Of a stretch of 64,000 bases of DNA, positions 13,492 to 25,700 are shown one piece after another (within the stretch, counting starts at the first letter, position 1; the number at the start of each line of letters is the position of its first letter). The position numbers were made by a program, and so were the translations under genes. The stretch is from Guillardia theta CCMP2712 (taxonomy: Eukaryota; Protista; Cryptophyta), in the NCBI RefSeq assembly GCF_000315625.1, contig NW_005434669.1, positions 124,001 to 188,000 on the forward strand, in the 5' to 3' direction. Below the pieces are notes generated by a model. That model saw nothing but the letters and a program-made list of their open reading frames with translations. It was not told where the DNA came from and did no database searches.

Positions 13492-15505
13492 ATGCCAACA
13501 GGATCAAGCACGTCTTTCTTTGGGAGGTTTCTGAAGAAGATTGATGTGTTTTCTTTCTTCAGCGAAAGACACGATCACGAACGATGGTACCTCCAAATGG
13601 ACAATGCAACGTCCTACAACGAGTGGCTGGAGGCGGCTCGTGCTCTTGATGAGATCGAAGGTCACGATCGATGGAAAGCTGAGGATGAATCTGAGCTGTA
13701 TGACTCGAAACTCATCCGGGATAGACTGCAGGACATGCGGAGGTTGGAGGCTTCCAAGGATATTCAAGGGATCATGTTCAACCTCCGATCGGGGCTTGTT
13801 CGTGGACTTGGAGGGGTTGGGAATCAAGCTCTACACACACACTGTTATGTGGGAACAAAGAGGCTGATCGAAGAGCATACAGGTCAGACCCTGCGGCTCC
13901 TCAAGATGGTTCACGATGCTCCTGAAGAGCAGCTGCCCTTAGAGAAGAAGCTTGCTTTCTTCGCTGAATCCCGACATGCGCTGGGGAAAACAGCCCTGCT
14001 TCTTTCAGGAGGAGCGTCTTTGGGCATGTACCACTTCGGGGTCCTGAAGGCCTTGCACGAGCACAACTTGCTTCCTCGTATCATCTCTGGAAGCTCCGCC
14101 GGATCCATCGTTGCGGCGCTGGTGGGAGTGAGGACGGTTGAGGAGATGTCAGAGTTGTTCGTTCCGGGATCCATCGACCTGACTTTCTTTCCTCCTGCGG
14201 GCTCCTTCAGGAGGAAGCTCAAGAGGCTTCTGCTGGAAGGTCACCTGATGGAAGTCAAGGTGCTGCAGCGAGCGCTCAGGATTAATCTTGGTGACGTGAC
14301 CTTCTACGAAGCGTACGAGAGGACGGGGAGGATCGTGAACATCACAGTCAGTCCTGCCAACGACTACGAGCGTCCTCGCCTCCTCAACTACCTCACGTCG
14401 CCCAACGTTCTCATCTGGAGCGCCGCATGCGCCTCCTGCGCTTTTCCGATACTCTTCCAGCCAGTGGAGCTGGTGGCGAAGAACGAGGCAGGGGAGATGG
14501 TGCCCTATCATCTGACAGACGTCAAGTGGAAGGACGGATCTCTGCAGACAGACCTGCCGATCGCTCGCCTCTCCGAGCTCTTCAACGTCAACCACTTCAT
14601 CGTGTCGCAGACGAACCCGCACGCCATCCCCTTCATGTGCAAACCAGCAAGGATCAGGAAGAGCAGCGAGCATCGCGCGAGGCATCGCCCGTCTATTCTG
14701 TCGCGAGGATGGAACGTCATGCGGTACCTCGTGACGTCAGAGCTTGCTCATCGCTTCAAGCAAGCTGTCACCATGGGCCTCGTCCCCAAGCTGCTCGAGG
14801 CGACCCTTTTCCAGCGGCTGAGCGGCGACATCACGATTGTCCCTCCCTTCAAGGCCTGCATGTACACTAACATCATCTCTAACCCCACATGGGATACAAT
14901 CAAACAGGTTCCCTCCTCCCTCCCCTCGCCTCATCCCCTCTGACCTGACGTCTCAGTTCATGATCGATGCTCTTCGAGCCACATGGCCCAGCATCTCCAT
15001 CATTCGCAATCACTGCGAGGTACAAGAGAGCCGTCATGCCATCTTCTCAGCACTTGCGTTCTCCAGGTCGAGATCATGCTGGACTCATGCGCCCGATCGC
15101 TTGCTAAGGAAGCACAGAGGAGAGCAGCGATCGCCTGCGACCCGTGAGATCCTCTCGACTCCTCTCTCTGCCTCTCACAAGCTTTGCAGGTCAGAGGAGC
15201 TGGACGGTATGGCCGGCCTGTACGGAGATGCAGGTCGAGAAAATTATCTCGATATTATTCAAGCTGAAGTCTTTTCCTCTTCCTCTTCCTCTTCCTCTTC
15301 CTCTTCCTCTTCCTCTTCCTCTTCCTCTTCCTCTTCCTCTTCCTCCACTTCTTCCTCCTGCACATCCTTCTCCGCATGCTCAGCTTTATTCGGGGATGCG
15401 ATATGCCACGAAGACACTCCAAGAGTGACATCGCGCTCTTCCTCCCTCGCCGGTTCCTACCAGGGGACGGTAGAAGGTGAAACAATCCGCCCCTTCCAGT
15501 TGTAG
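13492..15505 (+). CDS. Patatin-like triacylglycerol lipase (SDP1/TGL3-5 family)
   Basis: N-terminal DUF3336-like region (A.SYNEW..AA..LD..EG..RWK), oxyanion LSGGASLG, catalytic GSSAG, WKDGS Asp motif, ELFNVNHFIVSQTNPH. Short 3' exons, so the end is approximate. Confidence 0.93.
15275..15345. repeat. (TTCCTC)n microsatellite, intronic
   Basis: Directly visible. Confidence 0.9.
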
Positions 15506-15909
15506 CTGAAGGTCAGCAGGAGCGCCATGGCTGTCGGAGCACGAATTCCTCACGTCCCAGCTGGGGGTGAGCTGGTGGACCTCAAGGCTCTCCTTGACAT
15601 GCAGTGCAGGTGATGGACATGCTGGACGATCAGCTGGAAGCTGCGGCCATGGAGTCCAACCCTTCGTCGGAGTCAAGGTGAGGGAGGAAAAGTTATCCCC
15701 AGCTGAAACTTCCCAGCTCGCAGTCACAGGAGACCCTGCGGAGGAGGCACGAGAAGCATCCAAGATGACAGAGGAGGAGAGGAGAAGGAGAATGAATTAT
15801 AGAATGAGGCACGTTTACTTGCTGAGTCAAGTACAGTGTTATCTTATGATCGAACCTAAAGCAGGCAGAAATGTAAGGTGCAGGAAGGAATGGAGGAGGA
15901 GGGGGAGGA

Positions 15910-16043
15910 GGAGGACAGGATTCAGTTCAGGAGTCAGGAGGACAGGATTCAGGAGTCAGGAGGACAGGATTCAGGAGTCAGGAGGACAGGAGTCAGGAGT
16001 CAGGAGGACAGGAGTCAGGAGTCAGGAGGACAGGAGTCAGGAG
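15910..16043. repeat. Compound minisatellite of caggag/tcagga/ggacagga units
   Basis: Visible tandem degenerate repeats between convergent gene ends. Confidence 0.85.
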
Positions 16044-16249
16044 GTAAGAGAAAAGGGGCGAGTGGGGGAGAAGGAGCAACGAAGGAGCTGAGAAGCACAG
16101 ACCTTCTTCGAGGATCCGACAGAATCCGTAGAGGCTCTGTCACCTGTCAAAGCATCGTCACCCTTGCTGCTTGTCAAACTTGGTATCACGTTTCTTGGGG
16201 CGGCCGCTCCCTGATGCCTCTCCCTGCTCATCGTCAGCTCTCAGCACAA

Positions 16250-18723
16250 CTAAGTGTTATCAACCTCGTCAAGCTCGCTCGAGTGTCCGTCGCCCTCCTC
16301 CTCCTCCTCATCTTCCTCCTCCTTGTCGTCCTGTAGAAGAGCGGCCTCTGCAACTGCCCCATCCTCCTTGCGACCCGGATTTGCACTTCTGCTCAGGCAC
16401 TTCAGCTCAGGACGGACGAGGAGCAGGAGGAGGACAATAAAGAACCAAAAGATGAAAGGAGAGAGAATAAGGAGGAAAAGGCTGCTCGGGGAGCCGCAAT
16501 GATACCCGATCCAAGGACGGCGGACCAGGTGGAGACATGCTCGGGGGTCAAGATGGTTGAGAATCTCTTCGATAAGATTCTTCACTCCCGTAACCTTGAG
16601 ACCTGGTGAGCTGACTTCCCGTCCCCTCTCCGCTCCTCCTGCTCCACCACCAACTCCTCCTTCCACTTCTCCTTCCCTTCCACTCCTTCCATATCTTTTC
16701 CCCGCAGTCTCATCGTCTCGGGCTGACCTTGTATCTGTGTCCTCTGACCGTCTTCTCTTCGCTGTTGATCTCGATGAGGGAGGCCTGGTATTGGCGAGGC
16801 CACTTAGAAAAGGGGATGAAGATAAAGGAAACATGGGAGGGAGAGGAAGCGATTAGGAGAGGAAGGGAGGTTAGCGAGAGGCATAACTAGGGAGGAAGGG
16901 AGAGAAGAGGGAGCAAATTTGGTGTAAAGACTCGCACAGAACAAAACACGGACAAGTGAAACTACACGGAAGGTGCACTAACCGGCTTGCCAAGACCATT
17001 GTATCCCAGCTGCATTATGACATCCTTGAATGCGCTGCAAGCCTCTCAGCTTTTGCCGAGTAATTCATAACCCTCACGTCCTGATTTCAGCCAACGCGCT
17101 GTCATCCACACTACAAACATCCGTGATTGCCAGAATGAGCGGAACCTGAGCAGGGGCAGCCAAGTTATTGTATTGTGCAGGAGGGGGGAAGACGAGGACG
17201 AGGACGAGGACGAGGAGGACGAGGACGAGGAGGACGAGGACGAGGAGGACGAGGAGAACAGAGGAACCTGCATGGAGTGAGGGATTTTGAAGATCTCCAG
17301 CATTCGCTGCGGTATGACGCGACTGTTGAGGGTCAGTGATTCAGTTGGACACGCACGAGGGCCAAACCTGCTTGCTCGGTGACAGTAAACGGCCACTAGG
17401 GGGCGAACTTTGAGATCTCTTTTGGTCATCAGAGTGGTGATCCTGCAAACAAACGGTTTGCCTTTCAGAGTTTCTCCACTGCCTTTGTTGTCGCAGGTGA
17501 ACTACAGTGATGTGCAAGGTATTATAGCACACCAGTTCAAGTCATCACCTCTGCAGCCATCTTGACCAGGTGAAATGTGTCTTCTGCTTTTCCCACCACG
17601 ACTGTTCTTTCTTTTCCGCCTGCCCCATGCGCATCAATGTGAAACGCGCCTGCTCTACCAACACAACCAACCTCCTCAGGGGAAAGCGGGAGTTTGAAAC
17701 CTGGAGTGTCGATCCATCTCAGTCCGCACTCAGACCTTGAGCGTGCGGCAATTAGTGGGAAACTTGTCATCGCAACAAGAGATGCTACTTGTGTCTCAGC
17801 TCGCAGGTCGTTCCGCAGTGGGTCGACGACGTAACGATAGAGTTGTCGCCTGTGATGACTTTGACCTGTTCCAACTTGAGCCCGACTTCCACGCTCCTCC
17901 TCACGTCAGGCTACCAGCAGAGATTTCCCGGCTCCTGTCTCTCCTATCATCAGGATGTTCACCCCATGAAGCGGAAGCTGGCGAGGAAAGTCCGTGCTGC
18001 AGCCAATCTTGCGAGAGTCTAAGGGGTGGGAAGCGAAAGAGGCATCAACATGTGACATGCCTGCTTCGCGCAATCGACGAAGTCCAAAGTCGCGTTCCAT
18101 TCTGTCTGATCGTCACAAGAACTACAAGGTTGGAACGAGGAATCTGCCCCTGACCTTTGAAGAAACTGTCCAGAAGGTTCGGGTCGGACAGGGCAACTCG
18201 CGCAGACTCCAGATTTCTGAAGAGAGAGATGAAGAGGAAGGAGGGGTATAGGGCGAAGGAGGACATGGGAAGGACGAGGTGCGAAGGAGGAGATCAGAAG
18301 GAGGAGGAAAGAGTGGGAAGTATCAGATAGACATGTCAAACATGGAAAGGTATGCTGAGTCAGCGCAGCGCAAAGTCCTTGCCTGAAGGCTATCTTCCTT
18401 TTTGACCACGGGCTCTCGTCCAACTCGAAAGATTGGTTGGACCTGGCAGTATCAACATCACAAAAGAGCGGCACAATGCGGAGGTCAGTGGAGGACGTGA
18501 ATCCTCCACTGTCTTTGAAGAACAAGGGAGGAGGAGGGGCCGGTGATGGTTGCCGGAACACATGGGGCGTAGGGGAACCATGCCCTAGCAAGCTGGAGGG
18601 TGAAGACAGACTCCACAGCCATGAGGGATGGGCATGAATGCGGTGCAGAAGGAGACTGGGAGCAGGAGGAGAGGAGGAGGAGGATGGAGAGAGAGAGAGA
18701 GAGACAACAGAGATCAAAGCCAT
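16250..18723 (-). CDS. P-loop GTPase-like protein, multi-exon
   Basis: G1 NILMIGETGAGKSLLV (~17910-17960), G3 LRWIDTPGF (~17695-17725), VTGVKNLIEEIL resembling the post-G5 helix, acidic C-terminus. Confidence 0.65.
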
Positions 18724-19248
18724 GAAGTCGGTGAAAGGGACAGCTTACTGCATTGCCGGGATAGCCGTTATACTTTCGAGGTTCTCAGCTTAGGGGATGT
18801 AACGGTTCAAAAGTCGAAGTTGATCGGAACTCGGAACTGATGAGTCATCACTGGGCGCGGGACTCTCAGCGGCCTGTGGCAGCTGCGGCAGCCGGGCTCG
18901 GCTGACTCAGTTCCCTCCGGCGTCCGAGTCACCGGATAAATTCAAGTAATGCTCATATCATGCAAGTGAGGCGAGTCTGCCGATATGATCAGTAACTTCC
19001 GACTCAGTGACGGTTCTCGAGTCCGATCAGTCTCGCACGTCACAGTCGCACGGTCCCCGGCCCCGGTTCCAAGCCTTGTCACAGCCTCAGTTGTAGCGGC
19101 CTGGCAGCTAAGGGGCGCGGCGGCACCGCGTTCAAGTGGACGGTTGGCTGCGATAGAGTCACCGTGAAGGATTCTTGACTAGATTCTTGAACTTATATAC
19201 TGAAATACTAGACCTCGTGAAGTTTATTATAGTATTGGCAACCAACAG

Positions 19249-21426
19249 TCACCAAGAGAATAATTCCGAGATGAGCCGTCCACGCACCCGACTATGCTTG
19301 CTCAAATCGCGAGCCACGCCTCGGTTCCCTCCACAATAGAAAGTCATCGCATATGCTCTGGTCCGACGGTCGCGCGCTCGTGCAGCAAGATCAAGCGCTT
19401 CTTGCACGAAGTTGAACTTTCCAAGAGTACATAGTGCCCGCGTTGACTGTGGCAGTGTTTGACATCCAATATCGGGCAAGGAGGGACGAGTCGCCGTGTG
19501 AAGTTTCTGCGGCGACTGAAAAGGCGCAAAATGATGCTTCTCACCTGAGGAGGGAGGCTCACTGACCTCTGTGATCAGGTTCTCCTCCCTGTTGTAGGCG
19601 TAGACTCGCACGTATTCTGATGTGCTCAGCCCAGCTAAGACACAGTGAGACGTCTGCGAATTTGCGGTGCCGGTCACGAAAACATGAATCCGTAGTACCT
19701 GTCGTAGCTGTGCAGCGGCTAGATCATGCTCTGCAGCACCAACCGCCTTGTGGATGACCTGAAGAGCCTGCTGGGCAAGAGGAAGCTGCGCCATCCGGAC
19801 AAGCCAAACTACATCGACTTCGGGGAAGCTTGCATCAAACTCCTGCAGGAATCGGAGACAAGGAGTGATTCCGATCCCCTGTGCGAATGCGAGGAAACTT
19901 TCGCGAGTCAAGATCTCCGATACCTTGAGTCCCTGCAACTTGACTGCAGCACGCTTCAAGGCATAGCGAAAAGTCTGCACGGGGCTGACGTACGGACCCT
20001 GGATCTGAAACTCGAGCTTGCTGGCGGTGTAGCTAAGAGATAGTACTTGCTTCTGCAATGCCCAACACCAGTCGCGCTTGTCGTCTGACACATCTACCCA
20101 CAACATAGCGCAGCTTTCATTGTCGGGATCTTCCATGGCGCTGAAGACGTGCCATCTTCGGTCACAGCGGTCGTCAACGAGTCGGATATACATATATCCC
20201 ATCACTTCCTTCCACCCTTGCGAGGCCATCGGAACTCTGAGAGAGACAAAAGTCGGCTGCTGCTTCACGTTGTGATAGACGGTGACATTGCTCCAGCTTT
20301 CTTGTGCCAGTCTCTGTTCTTGCTGCGATGCTCGCTCGTTCCAGTACCACCTCCAGTAGGCTTCCGCTGGCATCGACCTGAGATCCTGAGGCTCTTGCCT
20401 GCAAGATGCTGCAAGGATGTGCGAGTTGTTGCAGAGGCTACGGGACCCGATCCACACGTCGAGCAGGTAGATCGACAAAGGGGCGGCCACCATGCACACG
20501 CCAAGTATTTCGGGGATGTGAAACATCAAGACGATGACAAACATCATCCAGAAGACGTTGTGCCAGCGACTGCGAGTGTCGTAAGTCATGGTGAAGGAAA
20601 TCTTTGAGTTTGAGGACCCGCCGGGGTCTTGCTCTGCTCGAGTTCGGAGTAGCGGAGGAAAAGCCATGACGGCAACAGCCCCGAGCAGCGCGACGAGCGC
20701 AATGAGGCCTGTATATGTCACGCGATCCCTCATCAAACAACTCCAGAGGGAGGATCGGACAGCAGAAGACAAGATCGATTGGTAACTCCAACGAGCTGCA
20801 TGCGCGAGGACATGCGCCATGGAAGCTACCAGCACAAGCATCCCCGCGCTGCCATGGTTGTGAAGCGCCTGATTCACGTCGTTGACATAGAGCGTCCAGG
20901 TGTAGTGTGCCTTGGGAAACTTGTTGAGCAGCCAGACATTGAGGTTGCGACTCTTGCCCAGAAACAGCACCCACATCGCCCCGTACATGACGAAGGCTGC
21001 GAACTTGGCAATGAGCACGAGACCCACATCCAACCAGTCGTAGACGCACCCTGTCGGGAAGTTGGTGCAGGACTCTTGTTCTAGCTCCTTCATCAACGCT
21101 CGGAGGACTTCCACCACGGTCAGCAACAAACTCGCGGCCACACCGAGGAGAAGCAGACCCAGCCGCCCCACCAGCAACCGGGTTCGGTTCGCGAGCAGGT
21201 CGAGCAGTGTCCGGAGGCCCATCGTCGCATTCTGCCCAGAAACCTCAGGCAAGCTTTCGAGCTCCGAGAGCTGAAGGCCACTGTCTTCTTGCAAGCATAC
21301 GTCTACGTCGAGGATGGTCTCAGCTGGTGTAGCAGGGTCCTCGAGGTCTCGTGTAGGACTCGTCGAGTGGGCTTGCAGCGAGGAGGCCCAACACATGTTG
21401 GCGTTCACAACGCAGGGCTGAGACAT
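19249..21426 (-). CDS. Ferric reductase / NADPH-oxidase family flavocytochrome, intronless, 725 aa
   Basis: TM helices with paired heme-ligand-like His (LHNH..MAHVLAH; WHNVF..MFHIP), FAD motif RWHVFS, NADPH motifs IQGPY, QGIGITP and FYCGG, C-terminal ELF. Confidence 0.88.
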   Translation of the reverse strand: MSQPCVVNANMCWASSLQAHSTSPTRDLEDPATPAETILDVDVCLQEDSGLQLSELESLPEVSGQNATMGLRTLLDLLANRTRLLVGRLGLLLLGVAASLLLTVVEVLRALMKELEQESCTNFPTGCVYDWLDVGLVLIAKFAAFVMYGAMWVLFLGKSRNLNVWLLNKFPKAHYTWTLYVNDVNQALHNHGSAGMLVLVASMAHVLAHAARWSYQSILSSAVRSSLWSCLMRDRVTYTGLIALVALLGAVAVMAFPPLLRTRAEQDPGGSSNSKISFTMTYDTRSRWHNVFWMMFVIVLMFHIPEILGVCMVAAPLSIYLLDVWIGSRSLCNNSHILAASCRQEPQDLRSMPAEAYWRWYWNERASQQEQRLAQESWSNVTVYHNVKQQPTFVSLRVPMASQGWKEVMGYMYIRLVDDRCDRRWHVFSAMEDPDNESCAMLWVDVSDDKRDWCWALQKQVLSLSYTASKLEFQIQGPYVSPVQTFRYALKRAAVKLQGLKVSEILTRESFLAFAQGIGITPCLRFLQEFDASFPEVDVVWLVRMAQLPLAQQALQVIHKAVGAAEHDLAAAQLRQVLRIHVFVTGTANSQTSHCVLAGLSTSEYVRVYAYNREENLITEVSEPPSSGEKHHFAPFQSPQKLHTATRPSLPDIGCQTLPQSTRALCTLGKFNFVQEALDLAARARDRRTRAYAMTFYCGGNRGVARDLSKHSRVRGRLISELFSW

Positions 21427-22731
21427 AATTCACAAAGAAGCACTGGGACAAGAGCGATCGGATGATAGTTGTGCCTTGATCCGGCGGCCCTTGGGAGGTT
21501 GAGGCAAAGAGGAGGTTCGATGCGCGGCCTTACCTCCTGCCTGTCGCCAAGGGTTTCAGTCTGAGATGGGGGGGTGAAGCGAAGCTTTGTCATCTTTACT
21601 AATAAAACCACCTTGACCACTACCCACCCCTGTACTGAAGTGAACTTCCGAAGCGCTCAGTACCCCCATGCGAGGGTCACACCAACCCCTACCCCCACTT
21701 GTGTAAGGAACCCACCCTTTGGCATATGAACGCCCCCAACCATCTTTGATGATGGCGTCCTTTGTCTTTGAAGAGAAATCTCCATCGCCTTGCTCGGCAT
21801 CTGGACTGCGGCGTCAGGACGCACTGCTGTGCGGTCGCAGGAAAGAAGCCGCGGTCTCTAAGAAAGCCTGCCGCAGTGCAGTGACTCCGGCGAAGCGGCA
21901 GGCCCTGGTACGGTAGGCGCATTTCTATGCCGCCTCCATACCGTCGGACTGTCACGGTCCGATCGGCCGCGGGGCTAGTGACTCGTCTTCGGCGAGTCCA
22001 TCCAGCAATGAAAGATTTATCGCACTAGTCACTGTCATGAACGTGACACAATTTACTCGCTCTCGCCGTCAGCACCCCCGCGGAAATCATCGGAAACTTG
22101 GCGAGTAGGCGCATCATTTTCCCCTTGCGGCACGCCACATCATGCCGCCGCCTATGAGCCCCCGTAGACTCACGGCCCGCGGTCCGATCGGCGCTAGTCG
22201 GACTCGTCTTCGAGTACAGTTTTAACTTAACTTTGAGCAAACGAGGGCCCCGGTCAGGCCGCCCTCGGCTCGGAGCGGCCCGGCTCAGTCGGAGCTGGCT
22301 CTGATAACCGGGCCCATAGGACCACCCTGTTTGGATATACTACCCCTAGTTCTCCTCCCTGTACCCATGTATACCCCTTGCCAATCTGGTAACTTCACCA
22401 GCACCGGTGCATTTATTATGAAATATCACCCCTTGCTTGCCACAACAAGATCACCCACCCAGCAAAGGTACGATGCAGGGCCTACTACCCCCACCCAAAT
22501 CTGCTGAACTTGGGTTTATACCCACCCCTACCTCTCGAATGCGCCCACAAACCATGCTTTGTTCATGACAGCACGAAGAGGGAAGGAGAAGGTGGAGGGA
22601 GGGGAGAGGAGGAGGATACAGAGGTGTATGAAGCATTCCAGACTACAAGTCATATTGACGATGTGAGTTAGAGCAGTCAGCAGGCTCAACTTGATCGTCC
22701 TTTGACAACTTTATCCCACTTCGTTCGTTTC

Positions 22732-25700
22732 ATGCCAGCAAAACGAGATCCCGGTAGACCTGTTTGGTACCATGCTTCAACAAGTCCGAGGTCCAGCCAG
22801 TCTTTGCCTACACATGCTGGCAGTGAAGGCTGCTTCAGTGCCGATGCGCTGGAACATCTCTCGGCACACAGTGACGTTGGGTGTCAGGAATTGAAAAGCA
22901 TTTCATCAGGCAAGGACAACAGCGAGAATTATGTACTTCGAAGCTTTGATTCCAGCAATGTTAAGAGCGTATTGGTAGAAGAATGGCTCGCTACTGCTCA
23001 GAAGTCTCAGGAAAGTGCTTCCAACGCTTGTGATGTTGAGAGGGAATGTGTCGTGGTGATCGATAGCTACATTGAGTCTCAAAGAAGGTCTCCTTGGCTT
23101 GACTGGGGAGAGTTTCCGCTGCTTCCTGTGGGAGACCCTCCTCCCAAGACTCCAGTTCTGAGTAGAGTGGAAGGAATCTATCCTTTTGCCAAGCTGCAGC
23201 AAGCGAGCAAGATCTTTGGGGGGAGACTCGCGTCGGATGCGTCGTTTTCGAGGCTATCTTACGGTTCCTTCTGCTCGAATGTGGACCTTGAGGCGAGCAA
23301 GAACCAAGATGTAATGGCCGGAGAAAATGACCAAGAACAAGAGAGAGAAGCATGTTTCCAAGATATTGATGAGTCTAAGGTTCAAATGAACGCCGAAACA
23401 ATCACGCCTGAAGACATCAAGGCAGCTCAAGAAGTAGTGAGCAAAGACACGAACGTTCAGGACAACAGTATAGCTACCTTGTGGATGGGGTTGAACTCAC
23501 AACTGACGGAGATGATGAAGCCAACGGATCAGCTTTCGGATTCTAGGGAGGGCAAGGCGGAGGCTGAAGGGCAGCAACTGTGGGGCAGTGCTCTCGAGGT
23601 CGCAAAAGACGTGTTCTCTCTCTTTTCTCTGAGCGACAGCCATCCTCATGGCCTCCATAATACCAGCAGTTCAGCCGTCTCCTTTCGCTCCCTCTCCCTC
23701 ACTGAGAAGGAGTGCGCTTGGGACCTCCAGGTACTTGCAGGAGCAGCCGACGGAGAGTGGGTGATCGACAGTCCGAGGCTCTCAAAGGGAAGGGAGGAGG
23801 GAAGAACATTGGAAAAGGGAGAGAAGGAACAAGACAAGGAGGGGAAAGGGGAAAAGGTTGAGCAGGAAGAGGGGGAGGGCTGGTTCTACTCGAGCAACTT
23901 TCCTCTAGGGAATGACAACATAATCCGTCAGCCGGTGAGCAACGTGTGCGGACCGTATGACTATTCGAGATGGAGGAGGTGGCTGAGGCGGAGGGTGATA
24001 CGTGCGATGGAGAAGTATCATGTCAGCATCCAGTACAAGCAGGGAGATCCAGTGGGTGACATGCCAGAGGAAGCGATACCCGCGGGCTCCCTTGCAGTCT
24101 GCAATATTTGCACCGAGATGCTGCATGTTGGGGTGTACATCCCTGCAGACAATGACACGTACCTCCTCCGAGCCGGAGAGGTCGTCTGCCTTGAGATGGC
24201 AGCGTTCTGCAAAGTGAAGAGTGTGAAAGGAGAAAAGGCTTTGATTGTTGCATCGAGGAGGAGCAGTTACCTCCCTCCAATCATCACCAAAGAGAACCTG
24301 CAACGTCTTTGCGTCATGGATCCTCTCAAGTATGTTAAGAAGATTTTCATCGCAGCAATGCCAGGCCAATACGCGACCGATTACACGACAATAAGGTAAG
24401 ATGCAATCTTGGTCGTACGGGAAACATCTGATGCTATCCATTGACCTGTCCCTGTTTTTCGTGAAAGACGTTGGCTAACTTGTGAAATTTCATCAGATAG
24501 TACTAACTTGTCTGTTTCAAGGTCAATTGCGCACGTTATTGGATTTGATGGAGTGTATGCCATGAACAAGGTGCAGAGGAACATATACATTCAAGCACAT
24601 CCCCATGCACAGCAACGACTTGAGTTTTTCTCCTCACGACTAGACGAGCAGTGGACAAAAGTCGCTACGGTGGAGGAGGAAGGACTCGATGCGCAGGAGA
24701 GAAGCTATGTTGAAAAGAGGAAAGAGTTTGTTCGGGCAAAACTCTCTTCGCTGCTCAATGAGGAACTCTGTGAGGATGACATTCCCTGTATCTCACTCTG
24801 CTCGAGCGGAGGAGGAGTCCGCGCAATGGTATGAAAGTTGGATGGAGATGATGACAATGACAACGATGATAATGTTTGTCACAACGATGATAGATATCGC
24901 GATGATAATGATGATTGTGCAAGAGGATGAAGGAGGATATTATCTAAATCAACCTTGCGTGCAAGTGTTACGGATATTGATACTCTTGTAGATTTTCACG
25001 CTGGGATGTTTGCTGGCTGCAAGTGAACTTGGTATTCTTGACTGCTGTATTTATTCAGCAAGTTTATCTGGATCAGCATGGCTACAGGTCGAGAACATCT
25101 TGGCTATGTGCGACATCTCACAAATCGAGTTTTGGCAGGCTTGCTGGATGAATATGAAGGGGTCATGTGCAGAATCCTTGAAGTCTCTGCGACAATGGCT
25201 GGGCCTCTGCCTCCAGCGGCATCCTATCTTGCAAGCAGCGCTGGCGGAGGGAGGGCAGGACGCAGTTTTGATGGAAAGAGATGTAAAGCTTGAGTTTGAT
25301 GTACAGACGAGGAAAGAATATATGAAGCTCAGAGCAAAGTTGTTAACATCGGCCAGTTCTTTCGGAGGGAGCGAGAATCAGCCTCCGATAGCTGCTGGTG
25401 CAGGTGAGGAGGAGGCGATGGAGGAAGACGAGAACGGAGGAACCATCCTGCTGTCGAATCTTGGGATAGAAACGTTCAAAATGGATTCATCAAGCTTGTT
25501 TTGGAGTGACGAGCATGTACGGGGAGTAGCTCAGCTGTTTGGAGACGCGAGTTTACATGTGAACAATTCCATCATGCAAGCCCAAAGCACCATTCACTCT
25601 CTCAAGTTGCGGCAGGTGGGCTTGCTATACTTACTCACTCTCCTCTCACCCTCCCCATCCTCTTCTCTTCCTCTTCCCCCCCTTGTCATCGGGCAAACTG

